A stretch of 64,000 nucleotides of DNA, from positions 1,581,023-1,645,022 of the forward strand of contig NMRA01000002.1 of the NCBI GenBank assembly GCA_002633005.1. The letters are read 5' to 3'. This document shows positions 1 through 11,648 of the stretch, one piece after another (the stretch's first letter is position 1; each line of letters opens with the position of its first letter). The stretch is from Phoronis australis (lineage: Eukaryota; Animalia; Phoronida). The notes below the pieces were generated by a model, which ran no database searches, was not told where the DNA came from, and saw nothing but the letters and a program-made list of their open reading frames with translations. The translations under genes were made by a program, and so were the position numbers.

Positions 1-200
1 AAAGGGGGCCTTTAATCATTACCACCACCAGGTGAATATACAGTCCATGGTGTTGTCCACAAAAATTAAAGAATGAAACATAGGTGGTTATAGAGCATAT
101 TCATATCCATAGCACTTGCCACTATAACAGCATTGTTACCTCAAGGCAAAGAAATGAGTTGACATGGCTTTACGACATCACTGAGAGAGTGAATACCTAC

Positions 201-3200
201 CGCAGCCCAGTAGTCATTGTGACTGTCAGGGTTGTCCTCCTGAAGAATGTCAGGCAACAGTCTCTCTGCTCCAGCAAAGTGTAACCTCAGCCAGTCAAGT
301 AGCTTCACCATAAGGATACCACCTACAATACATAGTGTTGGGTGCTGACAACAGCACGTGTTTCTACAAGTTTTACAACTTCAGTTTGGCCAACTGAGAC
401 AGACTTAAAAATAATTAAAATGGTCACTAGAGGGCCTGCGCACAATCTATCAAACCTGTCCAAAATTGGGAAGATGTCACCATTGTTAATTGAAACATAT
501 TTGCCACATTTTGTAAAAATCAGGGAAGATACAGAGGCAAATGCAAAAAAAATGTGACCATGGAGATACAGAAGTAGTCGGCTCTGTCTGAAAGTCACTG
601 TCAACTGCCAACAGTTTCTCGGGAACACAACTGCCAAACCTCAGAAACATCCTGCCAGCGGTTCAGGAGATACAGCAGCAGATGTCAGATGCCCAGACAG
701 AAATGACGACATACATAAGAAATACCATCGGTATCACACAATAAGCCATCAGCCTCAGTGATTATGCCACACAACTATATCCACAAATGGCCATGTGGTC
801 TCAGTGGTGATTTGTAATGCACTGCATTTAATAAGTACCCTGCCAATGTGATATAACTGTTATTATCCAACAGATAACTCTTATGCAAGCGGGCCCTCCT
901 CAAGTTATTTAATAAGGACAAAGTAATATTAATTTAGTCTGTATTTTTGTTATTTATGATCTGAAGCCAAGATTGTCAAATTTTACAAATCTCAACTCAA
1001 AATTGACCAATATCAAACTATAAGTTTGAAATTTTATTGTTAGCAGCCCATTTAATTGGTCAGTTTATGACTCTAATAAAGTTTGGTGCCCCCAAAGCGT
1101 TCTATAATCTCATAAATTTCATCTAGGTGATGCTACAGTAATAAGCAGGTCAGACTCAATAATTACTAATGCACAACCAGATGTCTCCACAAACATCACT
1201 GCAGGTGAGTTTTCTAAACTCCTGTCTTAGCACAAGATGTCCATTACTCCAAATGATTTTTCCGAACACCTCACTTACCAGCAGGTGTCTCCACAAACAG
1301 TATTTGGGCCAGACTCCAGATGAGCTCAATTAATTCAAATAGCTGCAGTTGTTGTTCATAAACCCCAAGCTCGCCTGAGGTGCCTGTAAAAAGAAGTCAC
1401 TCTCTGAGCCATAATGAAACAACTCGTTTCAAACACAAAGCAACAAGTTTTAACACGTGTGTCCACTCTACTAAATGCACATAAAATAATGTGACGCAAA
1501 AGTGGAGCAATTTGAAATACTTAATCAGAAACTTTAAACTGTGATTCATCGTTGTCATGAATGAAAGGGATGGAAACACTGTTCTGTCATTAGAAATTTG
1601 CTGTAATGACAGTTCATTGTCAGTCATACTAGCTGTGAAGGGGACTAAAATGGCAGAGGTGGGGGTCTTTTGTCTGATTATGATTGGCATGTACCATTAA
1701 TAATAACTGTTTTATATTTTGTAAGATAGCCAGTAACTACGAGAGTGCCAGCTAGGGCCGTACCCATCGATTCCTTGAAATCATCTAAACAAGCCTTGAT
1801 GATAGACTGGTACTGACGGCCAAACTTGATGTACCTGAAATAGAATGTAGTAATTTATCATAACACCTCAGGTCCCTTGAAGTTCGAAAACCTTATACTT
1901 AGATTCTGAATCGTATTAACTCATCTCAAACTAATGTTAAGAGCTGGCATGACAGTATATTTGCATTCAGGGTCACTTGGTTGCATCTCGTATTTAATAA
2001 TAAAGCCAACAGCCATGAATTCAAAACACATCTGTCAGACATCTGAGCAAGAATTGGTGATTCGTGATAAAATCACAAAAACACAAAAATTATATTTTTA
2101 AAGCTTTGGTCAAATCTAATAACTTCAAACGTCTACACATTCCAACAATAATCCCATACATGCATTTTCAGCCATAAAATAATATTGTCCATTTAAAGAA
2201 AATCCCAGCCACCCTTTTGTTGGTAATGGAATAAAGAAACAGAATTTTCAAGTTTAGTGTCTGTCCATTAAAAATCACGTGTTGAGAAAAAATGTAATGA
2301 ACGTGATTATGAACACTTAAGATTCTGTGATCATTAGCAATTATAGATACATAAAATTCTATGGGTTCACTTCTAATACTTTAAAAATCATTTAAGAAAT
2401 TTGACCCTAGGTAACAAAACTATCCTATTATCTTACTTTCCACTGTTCCACACTTCTAAACCCTTGAGTCAGGTTTCTAGCTCCTCAGCTCAGTTTTAAC
2501 AAATATAAATAAAGTTACATAAAAATGGTTCCAGATGATCAGTGCAATGGGCCCACATGCGCGGCCTGCGCACGTCTGCTACAACGTGTATCAGACTGCC
2601 TGCAATTATTTTTTATTTAATTATTACTTGGTGCTGCAGTTTCGATATAGCAATGATGTTGGGAACAGGTACACAACCCAGTGAGGACAAAACACTGCCA
2701 GTGAAACACTTTATTGATACTTTAACTTAGTATACGCATCAAATTAACTCTCACATGATGTTGGATAGTACTCACTGTTGCCTAGCAACATTGTTGCCTG
2801 GTTCACCAGACGATGGCACTTTTTGCAGCTGGAGAAACACGTCTGAAACACAAAGCAGGTTTAGTCATGCAGACATATCACATCTGATCTCAACATCGCA
2901 AGCAGGATGATCCGTTGAAATACATGCTGTAGAGGATGTCTAAATTTCAGTATCCACCATAATGCTGTGACTAGAATAGCATTCACCTGAAAGCACTTAA
3001 TTTACAAAATCTGGTCCACGAAAGAGAAAAATGTTCATACAAAGCATGACTTAAAACATGAGGGTGGTACAAATTTTTAAACAAAACATTTTTACCAGAA
3101 AGCGCCGAAACTCAACAAAAAGCTGAAAGTGTAATGTTTGCAAAAATTTGCTATTTATTGTCATAAATGACGTCATGGACAAGACTGTGTTTCTCACCAA

Positions 3201-6200
3201 ATATCTACAAAACAATGGAATCTAACTCTGAAAGAGTTTATCATCTGAAAGCAGGAGGCCTCTAGAATTTAATGTTTGACTCCACACCAATCTATCATTA
3301 ACTGAGTCGCGCAACCATGCTTTTGAAATATCTAGCAAAAAAGACACAATTATAGCAAAACAACAACCTCAATAACATGACCAAATTTATGTTGATATTA
3401 ACATTCAAGATGAAATCTCATAGTTTTTGAAATCGTCATCTCCTTCAAGTTTCATGCAAATTTTAATGTTTCTCTAGAAAATTCTTGAAGTTCCAATTTT
3501 CAATAGCCCTCATGCAAAAGTGGAACATTTTAAAAACAATTTTGGAGACAAATGCATTTCTGAGATATGTCGTATCCAAATTAGCCAAACCTGGTCATTT
3601 CCAGGGTTACACTTAACCGTAAATACACGACTAAATTTCATGAATCTCAGGCCGTAATTAGTAGTTGTAAAGCATATCATGATTATCAATACTGCGCAGT
3701 ACACAAACAACTGCAAATGGCCTACAGGTAATACTGCGCAGTACACAAACAACTGCAAATGGCCTACAGGTAATACTGCGCAGTACACAAACAACTGCAA
3801 ATGGCCTACAGGTAATACTGTGCAGTACACAAACAACTGCAAATGGCCTACAGGTAATACTGAGCAGTACACAAACAACTGCGAATGGCCTACAGGTAAT
3901 ACTGTGCAGTACACAAACAACTGCAAATGGCCAACAGGTAATACTGTGCAGTACACAAACAACTGCAAATGGCCTACAGGTAATACTGTGCAGTACACAA
4001 ACAACTGCAAATGGCCTACAGGTAATACTGCGCAGTACACAAACAACTGCAAATGGCCTACAGGTAATACTGTGCAGTACACAAACAACTGCAAATGGCC
4101 TACAGGTAATACTGTGCAGTACACAAACAACTGCAAATGGCCTACAGGTAATACTGTGCAGTACACAAACAACTGCAAATGGCCTACAGGTAATACTGTG
4201 CAGTACACAAACAACTGCAAATGGCCTACAGGTAATACTGTGCAGTACACAAACAACTGCAAATGGCCTACAGGTAATACTGTGCAGTACACAAACAACT
4301 GCAAATGGCCTACAGGTAATACTGTGCAGTACACAAACAACTGCAAATGGCCTACAGGTAATACTGTGCAGTACACAAACAACTGCAAATGGCCTACAGG
4401 TAATACTGTGCAGTACACAAACAACTGCAAATGGCCTACAGGTAATACTGTGCAGTACACAAACAACTGCAAATGGCCTACAGGTAATACTGTGCAGTAC
4501 ACAAACAACTGCAATGGCCAACAGGTAATACTTACTGTGTGAGTCATTGACGAGCTTCCTACTGATAGGTGAGTGCATGTCTGTGTCCCACTGCACCTGG
4601 TGGATGTATGGCTGGTCTGTGGTCATCCGTGGACTCCCATCTTGACAAAATAGTTATCAAATAAGGCATGGGAAATTATGTTAGAGGTTTTTGACCAAAT
4701 CTTTGAGAAATAATGAATCTAAGATTGCCATGGCATTCCATGACTGGTTTTCCTCAACTTAAGTGGATCGGATAGACAATGTCATCACTGTCAATGACAG
4801 AAATACAGATGACATCTTGGAAACTTCCCCTGTACATCCCTTTCTGACCCCTCACAATGACACAAGTGTCTCCATACACCTTATTCAAATAGTCGCCGTT
4901 TTAAAAGTGAGCGTCTTTTTAGGTGTTAAAAACAATGCATTCTTCGCTTAATCACAGTGCAAAGCGTGATTTTTTTCCACGTGCCTCGTTGTATTTATAT
5001 CTCAAATGCATTGTTTTTTAAACCTAAAAAGAGGCTCACTACTAAAATGGCGACTGGGTGAATAAGGTGTATTCACTTAAATGGAAGAAAGTCGTGACGC
5101 GACTTGCATCGAATCATCATTCCATGTGCATGCTTCACGCAAGCCTCATTGCTGCAATGGTTCTTGGTTTATACTTCTCATCTTTGTGCAATTAACGCAT
5201 TGTACACCTGACCAAGTTTTATACCCAGCCCCAAGCACTGCAATTCATGAATTCTAACTCAAGAATGATGGCTGTTACTACCAGAATATGTTAACGATGG
5301 AAAATCTTTAAATGTTCATATTCAAATAATGTTACTGCTACTGGTCCCAACAAGACGATTGGAGATACATATTACTCAAGGTTTATCACACTTTATTATA
5401 GCAAAGTGCTGCATCTTTCAATTTCAGCTATTGACTATGTGCCCTGTTTGGATTTTCCTGCCTTCTTATAATTTGTTTAGACAGCAAATGGTTATCTGTT
5501 TTCTTTCCAGACCTCTTAAATTTGGTTTAGGCAATCAGTTTTTACAATCTTAGCTATGAGGGGATCGATCTGCCTCAAGAAATGTTAGATGACCCCACAG
5601 CTCATGGTGCCGTGTGAAAATGCAACAACTAAACGATCTAGCCACTGATTCATTCAATTTTTCTCGCCTTGGCATGAGCTCTCAGTTCAGATATGCTTCA
5701 CTTTAGTCAGTCAGCTCAGCTCAGCACAGCTCAGCCTATAGCTATCTGTCTGTGCTGGCTCTTAATCCCAAAAATTCCTTTCAAATTCTTCCAATTCTGT
5801 CACTGTCTCGTTAAAAATTCGTTGTGCAAGCAGCATTTAGTCTATCAAGAACATGGGTTGTTGCTTGGTATGTAGCACAAGAAATGATACCAACTGTAGC
5901 AAAAGCTGTCAAAGATAAACCGTTCGCTATTAATACACTAGTTATATCAAGTGTTCATCAGTGTATCTATTTTGCTTGGTATGTAGCACAAGAAATGATA
6001 CCAACTGTAGCAAAAGCTGTCAAAGATAAACCGTTCTCTATTAATACACTATTTATACCAAGTGTTCATCAGTGTATCTACTTTGTCTGGTAGAAGAATT
6101 CAAGGGTTCAGAATCACTTAGATACGACTAACAAAAGCTTCACTTTTTCAATGAAAATACATTTAGCATTTGATCGAGTAAATTAAAGAATTAAAAACTT

Positions 6201-9200
6201 TTTTTTTCTTTACAGTGTCAAGACCATGATTTAAATCAAACAGAATTTACTCATTCTTGGAAAGATTTTCTAAAATGCAGGAAACAAGGCTAGCTCAAAA
6301 TATAAGAAATATAGTCAGTCCAAAACCCCCAATGTACAGAGACACACCTTTCTTCTTTTGAGCGCGCAGAGAAAACTGATAACTACAAACTATGAGATCT
6401 TCAGTCAAGACAGCTCAGTTGACTACACTACCTTGTCTTGGCTTGCCAGTCCCTCCATACAGGTACAACTTGTTGCCCAGCCCCCATTGTGACTTGAGAC
6501 CTATGAGACACTCAGGACCTGGGATGGCCTAGGCAATAATTAAAATGACAACCGTTATGAATAATTGTAGCACGAGTGCTTTTTACATATATATTATAAA
6601 ATATACCCGATTGCAAATTATGAAAATATTGATACCTGTTTTTGCAAATCAAGTTTTAAGTTTAATCAAGTTTTAATCTAAAAGTGAAGGATGTCACAGC
6701 AAAACAATGGAAGCCAGGTCATTTTCAGGTCCTGGATTATGAGAACTAGTTTTATACCAGTTATTCAGTGGAGAAAACTGGTTCTCAAAAAGCGGGTACC
6801 CCTGTAAGTGACTTTTACCCAGAGGCGGATCTACGGGGGGGGTTCAGGGGGTTTAAACCCCCCCCTCGGGCCAGGACCCAAAAATTAAAAAAACAAAAAA
6901 CAAAACAAAAACGTCTCCAGCAAAACNNNNNNNNNNNNNNNNNNNNNNNNNNNNNNNNNNNNNNNNNNNNNNNNNNNNNNNNNNNNNNNNNNNNNNNNNN
7001 NNNNNNNNNNNNNNNNNNNNNNNNNNNNNNNNNNNNNNNNNNNNNNNNNNNNNNNNNNNNNNNNNNNNNNNNNNNNNNNNNNNNNNNNNNNNNNNNNNNN
7101 NNNNNNNNNNNNNNNNNNNNNNNNNNNNNNNNNNNNNNNNNNNNNNNNNNNNNNNNNNNNNNNNNNNNNNNNNNNNNNNNNNNNNNNNNNNNNNNNNNNN
7201 NNNNNNNNNNNNNNNNNNNNNNNNNNNNNNNNNNNNNNNNNNNNNNNNNNNNNNNNNNNNNNNNNNNNNNNNNNNNNNNNNNNNNNNNNNNNNNNNNNNN
7301 NNNNNNNNNNNNNNNNNNNNNNNNNNNNNNNNNNNNNNNNNNNNNNNNNNNNNNNNNNNNNNNNNNNNNNNNNNNNNNNNNNNNNNNNNNNNNNNNNNNN
7401 NNNNNNNNNNNNNNNNNNNNNNNNNNNNNNNNNNNNNNNNNNNNNNNNNNNNNNNNNNNNNNNNNNNNNNNNNNNNNNNNNNNNNNNNNNNNNNNNNNNN
7501 GTTGTTTTGTGAAGTTTTATCACGTGTTAAGCAGTGGCCCGAAACTTTCTTCGGCGAATCCGGGAATTTACAAAAGTGGCCGAAAGTGTTAGCCAATGAA
7601 ACGCGTCAAAGATCGATTCTGCATATCCCATGTTCACGCGACTTGCTTACAAGTCATCGGGAGGGTTGTTCTCGGTTAGAGTTCTTTTGAACTTGGATTT
7701 GGCAACAACCAAATAACGGTCGGATTAACAAGAGCTGCTTTGTATTTGCCTTGTATCTGTTGAGAAGTGTAAAAACTCAGCTCGCATTCGTTGGAAATTC
7801 CAGGTCGCATTTTGCGACTTGATACGAGCTGACAAAAATCTCAGCTCGCATTTCCAAATTTCAGGTCGCAAATGCGACCTGCAGCTCGTTATGTCGAGCC
7901 CTGACTTAGATAGGACTAACAAAAGCTTCACTTTTTCAATGGAAATACATTTAGCATTTGATCGAGTAAATTAAAGAAAACCTTTTTTGTTTCTTTACAG
8001 TGTCAAGACCATGATTAAAATCAAACAGAATTTACTCATTCTTGGAAAGATTTTCTAAAATGCAGGAAACAAGGCTAGCTCAAAATATAAAAAAATTTAG
8101 GGGAAGTCAGTCCAAAACCCCCAATGTACAGAGACACACCTTTCTTCTTTTGAGCGCGCAGAGAAAACTGATAATTACAAACTATGAGATCTTCAGTCAA
8201 GACAGCTCAGTTGACTACACTACCTTGTCTTGGCTTGCCAGTCCCTCCATACAGGTACAACTTGTTGCCCAGCCCCCATTGCGACTTGAGACCTATGAGA
8301 CACTCAGGACCTGGGATGGCCTTGGCAAAAATTAAAATGACAACCGTTATGAATAATTGTAGCACGAGTGCTTTTTACATATATATTATACAATATACCT
8401 GATTGCAAATTATGAAAATATTGATACCTGTTTTTGCAAATCAAGTTTTAAGTTTAATCAAATTTTAATCTAAAAGTGAAGGATGTCACAACAAAACATT
8501 GGAAGCCAGGTCATTTTCAGGGCCTGGATTATGAGAACCAGTTTGATACCTGTTATTCAGTGGAGAAAACTGGTTCTCAAAATGTGGGTACCTCTGTAAG
8601 TGACTTTTACCACTTATGACGTTGCAACACAGTAGCTTATCAATGCCACAGCTTTTGAAATCTGGTTCACATTCACAAAATAATGCTTATTCCTTTACTC
8701 ATTCGTATTGATTACGGAATATTTACAGAAGAGCCGTCGCCACCATTCACTATGAAACCTAGTCTACCTAAAAAATCAATGAACTCCATTCAGTACGTTC
8801 CTTTGGGTATGGTACTACGGTTGACCTCAAAACATGAACCAAGACAATGCCCATCAAAGTTGGTGCAAAAGGAGTCTTTAAACATGCACTTCATTTTTAC
8901 ACACCACTTGAATTATGAAACAAAAATACATTAAGCTACGGAAACTGGGCATATGAATTTCCTTGTCATGACCCATTTCAACAACAGAAATGTGGTCGAA
9001 TGGAAGCCATCAACTTTTGGAAAAGGACATGAACAGTTCAGTACTATGATTTCTGAAATGTTTTCTTGATGTGCAATTGCTCTTTGTAGCCATGAAAATA
9101 AAAAGCTGTAATCGATAAGCCAAAATTCGAGTCTGCTTTTGTAAGGGTAAGGGGTCAAGTTTTGATTTTGTTTTCTGTTGAATAGCCTTACACGTGGAAA

Positions 9201-11581
9201 TGCAGTTGATAGTTTGGTACAATTTTCAAATTGGCATGACAGAAGATAGTATTTATGATCAAGCCACTGGAATCAAACTCTTAACAAGTCTTTTTCAAGT
9301 TGTTGATACATATAAAAGAATCACTCAATCCTGTAATCAGTTTTTCTTCTTCCACAAGGTTAGCATACATTTCACAACAAATTATTGGAGTTGAATTCAC
9401 TTCGTTGCAAGTGCTTACTATTTTATTACTAGCAGCCACGTTTTTTAAGTTCCCAAGAAAAATGATGTTACACTGTTGTCCACTTCAACAACTGTAGCGG
9501 GAATGAATAATAAGTAATTTCAAAGACTTTGGTTTTCCATTTTCAAAAATGTCATATTCCCTGCCGCACGCAGTGTAAAAATGGTCAGTTGCCAATTTGG
9601 GCAACTGAACGAAGGACAGTTCAAGAAAAATTTTGATTACCGGAGTATTTGTTCGAGTTGGAAGGAATTAAAAGACATCAACAGCGCGTCCCTCTGGCTC
9701 TATATGCGCAAAATGTATAGCATAGCAACATGACTTTAATGATTTAATCAGTGAGAGGCATAATTCACCAAAACATTTCAGGCATATGGAAAGCCTATGG
9801 GATGGCCACCGTCTCTACTGCTAGTTGAGGCGATGGTACTGCCCAGGTGAATGTCCCGACTCCCTTTCCCATTCCCATTCCACTGCAGACCAGCAGTAGG
9901 GAGGACAACGTTTTTTTAATTTTTTTTATAATACCCATGTGTCATACATTTTTGAAAAGCCCTTGGTGTGAGAAATGAAATGGTGCAAAAATCAGAAAAA
10001 TTGGATGAGCGGTTGACGAGAAAATGGCCGATGAAACACGACGATTATGCGTAAAATATCTGCCTTTTTACATAATTTCGTAAAAAATTAAAGAATATAC
10101 ATGTGCTGCATATAAAAAGATTCGTCTCATTGAGACAAACATGGTGGTATGTAGTATATAAAATTTGGATCGATTTCTACAGAGATATTGCTGTTTAAGT
10201 TGTTGTTGTAGCATATAGAACAGGCTCATCATGTTTGATGAAAACAATGGATTACACAACTCAAAAGGTAAAGAGCAAAGACACCACATCAGCTCAGAAA
10301 TAAATACATCTGAGCTAGGAGGAAATTTCACATCAAATCACAAGATCACATTGGTGGATTTGGGGGGGGCAAGGGGGCCTGACCCGTGGCCCCCCTAAAA
10401 CTGCCATATTTCATTTGGCAGTTTGAGGGTGCAAATATCTTACGGGTAAAATCCTGCGTAATACTCTGCCCTGCACCCCCCTCCTATCTAAAAATCCTAG
10501 ATCTGCCCCTGAATACTACTACATGGGCAACACATCATTGCCTGACAGTGACAGGAGGCTGGGGGAGGCTATAGTCCCCCACTTTTTTCAGTGTTGGGTG
10601 CCACCCATGTACTATTAGATCGTATCATGGCAAAAAACATCAGAAAGTAGACAAAAGACCATTTGGGAAGACAAATCACCCTTAACATGAAGAATTTCAT
10701 CATTTATGCAACAAAAACTTTGTAACAACTTTATTTCGAACGGTGAAGTTGCGATGCCATTGAACTTCAACGTAGCCGCTGGTGGCGCTGACATGCGGCG
10801 ACTTAGTGAACTAACGACTGCTGTTTGAAAAGTGCCAATGCGCAGCAGTTTGACAGAATTTCTGAAAATGAAATAATTACCAATTAAAAGAGTGATAACT
10901 TCCTCATCTAAAAATTGGGGGGGCATATTGCGCAACTGGAAAAACATCAATCTCCCGCCCGACCAAAATTAGGCCTTCCGGACGATCGAAAACTCGCCAT
11001 GAAAACTTGGCCTTGACTTCGAGAAAACAACTTGAGGAGATGCGCAAGCATCTAAACTACATCCTGTCCAAATTTCATGTTTGTATTTGAGAGTATAGTG
11101 CTCTTTTGGATAGGAGGAACAAGAGGTACTTTTTCGAAAGTTGATCGCATGGCGGAAAATCGTGCGCTAAAAAAAGCTTACAAAAAATGATTTATCAGCG
11201 ATAATTTGAGACAAAAAGATTACATACTTACAAATAAAGACTAAGGTAACGATTTATAACACAAAATTGTCTTATAGTTAACTTTGAAGTCTGAAATCGG
11301 GTAATTTACCAACGTGGGTTTTACACGGAGGCAGATATGGAGCACCGTGAACTACTTTTTGATTGTCCTCCCTACCAGCAGATCACCCTCGCCGGTTAGG
11401 TTTAGCGTTGTTTTAAGTGCAGCGTTAGTATGCTGGCATTCAGTACTAATTCACTGGAATTTCACTACTCTAAAATTATTTGTGCGACGCAAAAACTAAA
11501 AAAATTCTCATTCAGTCTTCCTTTCACTATTGATGATGTTTCACAAACCGTTTGAAATACAGCATCTTGCCGGTCCGCCAT
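201..11581 (-). CDS. NUP85: Nuclear pore complex protein Nup85, 5' part (gene continues beyond the left edge)
   Basis: GT-AG exons with consistent phases: 11581-11549 (MADRQDAVFQT), 8320-8224 or duplicate 6528-6432 (AIPGPECLIGLKSQWGLGNKLYLYGG..), 4640-4536 (..PYIHQVQWDTDMHSPISRKLVNDSH), 2842-2776 (VFLQLQK..), 1834-1764 (YIKFGRQYQSIIKACLDDF), 1383-1279 (..ELIELIWSLAQILFVETPA), 322-201 (GILMVKLLDWLRLHF..HNDYW). These match recalled vertebrate Nup85 motifs RKLFNESH, YRSVIRACM, ELIWNLCEILF and LLDWVRLH. Confidence 0.93.
395..700 (-). mobile_element. Fragment of the HINE-like repeat family (same subunits as 37700-38527 and 61420-62975)
   Basis: The reverse complement contains the degenerate subunit pattern seen in the other copies (aaatgtggcaaatatgtttc..ttggacagg..ctctagtgaccatttt). 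Confidence 0.5.
3688..4530. repeat. 42-bp minisatellite, about 20 near-identical copies, in NUP85 intron 3
   Basis: Unit aatactgtgcagtacacaaacaactgcaaatggcctacaggt recurs at 3688, 3730 ... 4486; it explains the three long repetitive ORFs in the track. Confidence 0.98.
4874..5072. mobile_element. MITE with about 70-bp imperfect terminal inverted repeats
   Basis: atacaccttattca..agtcgccgtttta..gtgagcgtctttttaggt..aaaaacaatgcatt pairs with aatgcattgttttt..acctaaaaagaggctcact..taaaatggcgact..tgaataaggtgtat. Confidence 0.8.
5861..6082. repeat. 111-bp tandem duplication (2 copies)
   Basis: ttgcttggtatgtagcacaagaaatgatacc... starts at both 5861 and 5972 with few differences. Confidence 0.93.
6927..7500. 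other. Assembly gap (N run)
   Basis: 574 Ns. Confidence 1.
7501..7903. mobile_element. Right end of a non-autonomous DNA transposon (hAT-like terminus ...tcgagccctg)
   Basis: Ends exactly where duplicate copy 2 begins and is absent at the equivalent junction of copy 1; the terminus reads CAGGGCTCGAC on the - strand. Confidence 0.55.
9529..9616. repeat. Dispersed repeat with an inverted copy at 58882-58974
   Basis: Shared ttggttttccattttcaaaaa...cagttgccaatttgggcaactgaacgaagga, including an internal palindrome. Confidence 0.75.
10349..10511 (+). mobile_element. GC-rich CAGTGGCGGAT-type MITE (related copies at 6820, 23098-23331, 36826-36896, 45120-45280)
   Basis: Shared poly-G/poly-C arms, the internal motif aaattctcccagattccatttgg or variants, and the end aaaatcctagatctgcccctg. 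Confidence 0.65.
10522..10609. mobile_element. CATGGG-terminated MITE, monomer form, 5-bp TSD TACTA
   Basis: tacta[catgggcaac...gccacccatg]tacta. Confidence 0.8.
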
Positions 11582-11648
11582 TGTTTCCGCTCAATTACAA
11601 ATTTTATAGTTTTCAAATCAACAAGAGTAGATCATGTGACTAGCCAAA
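11582..11648. promoter_or_regulatory. Very short head-to-head spacer between the NUP85 and CRYM start codons, with E-box TCATGTGAC
   Basis: NUP85 ATG at 11581 (-), CRYM ATG at 11649 (+); tcatgtgac at 11632-11640. Confidence 0.75.

Larger units (their letters stand above)
6116..8611. repeat. About 705-bp direct duplication (6116-6819 and 7904-8611) on either side of the gap; each copy holds NUP85 exon 2
   Basis: Near-identical sequence from acttagata.gactaac to gacttttacc in both copies. Confidence 0.95.

Noticed and set aside
3510-4547. Long ORFs of 287-345 aa with 14-aa repeats
   Set aside because: They are a by-product of a stop-free 42-bp minisatellite; only the NUP85 exon at 4536-4640 is supported as coding.
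6768-7596. ORFs spanning the N run
   Set aside because: Gap artefacts.
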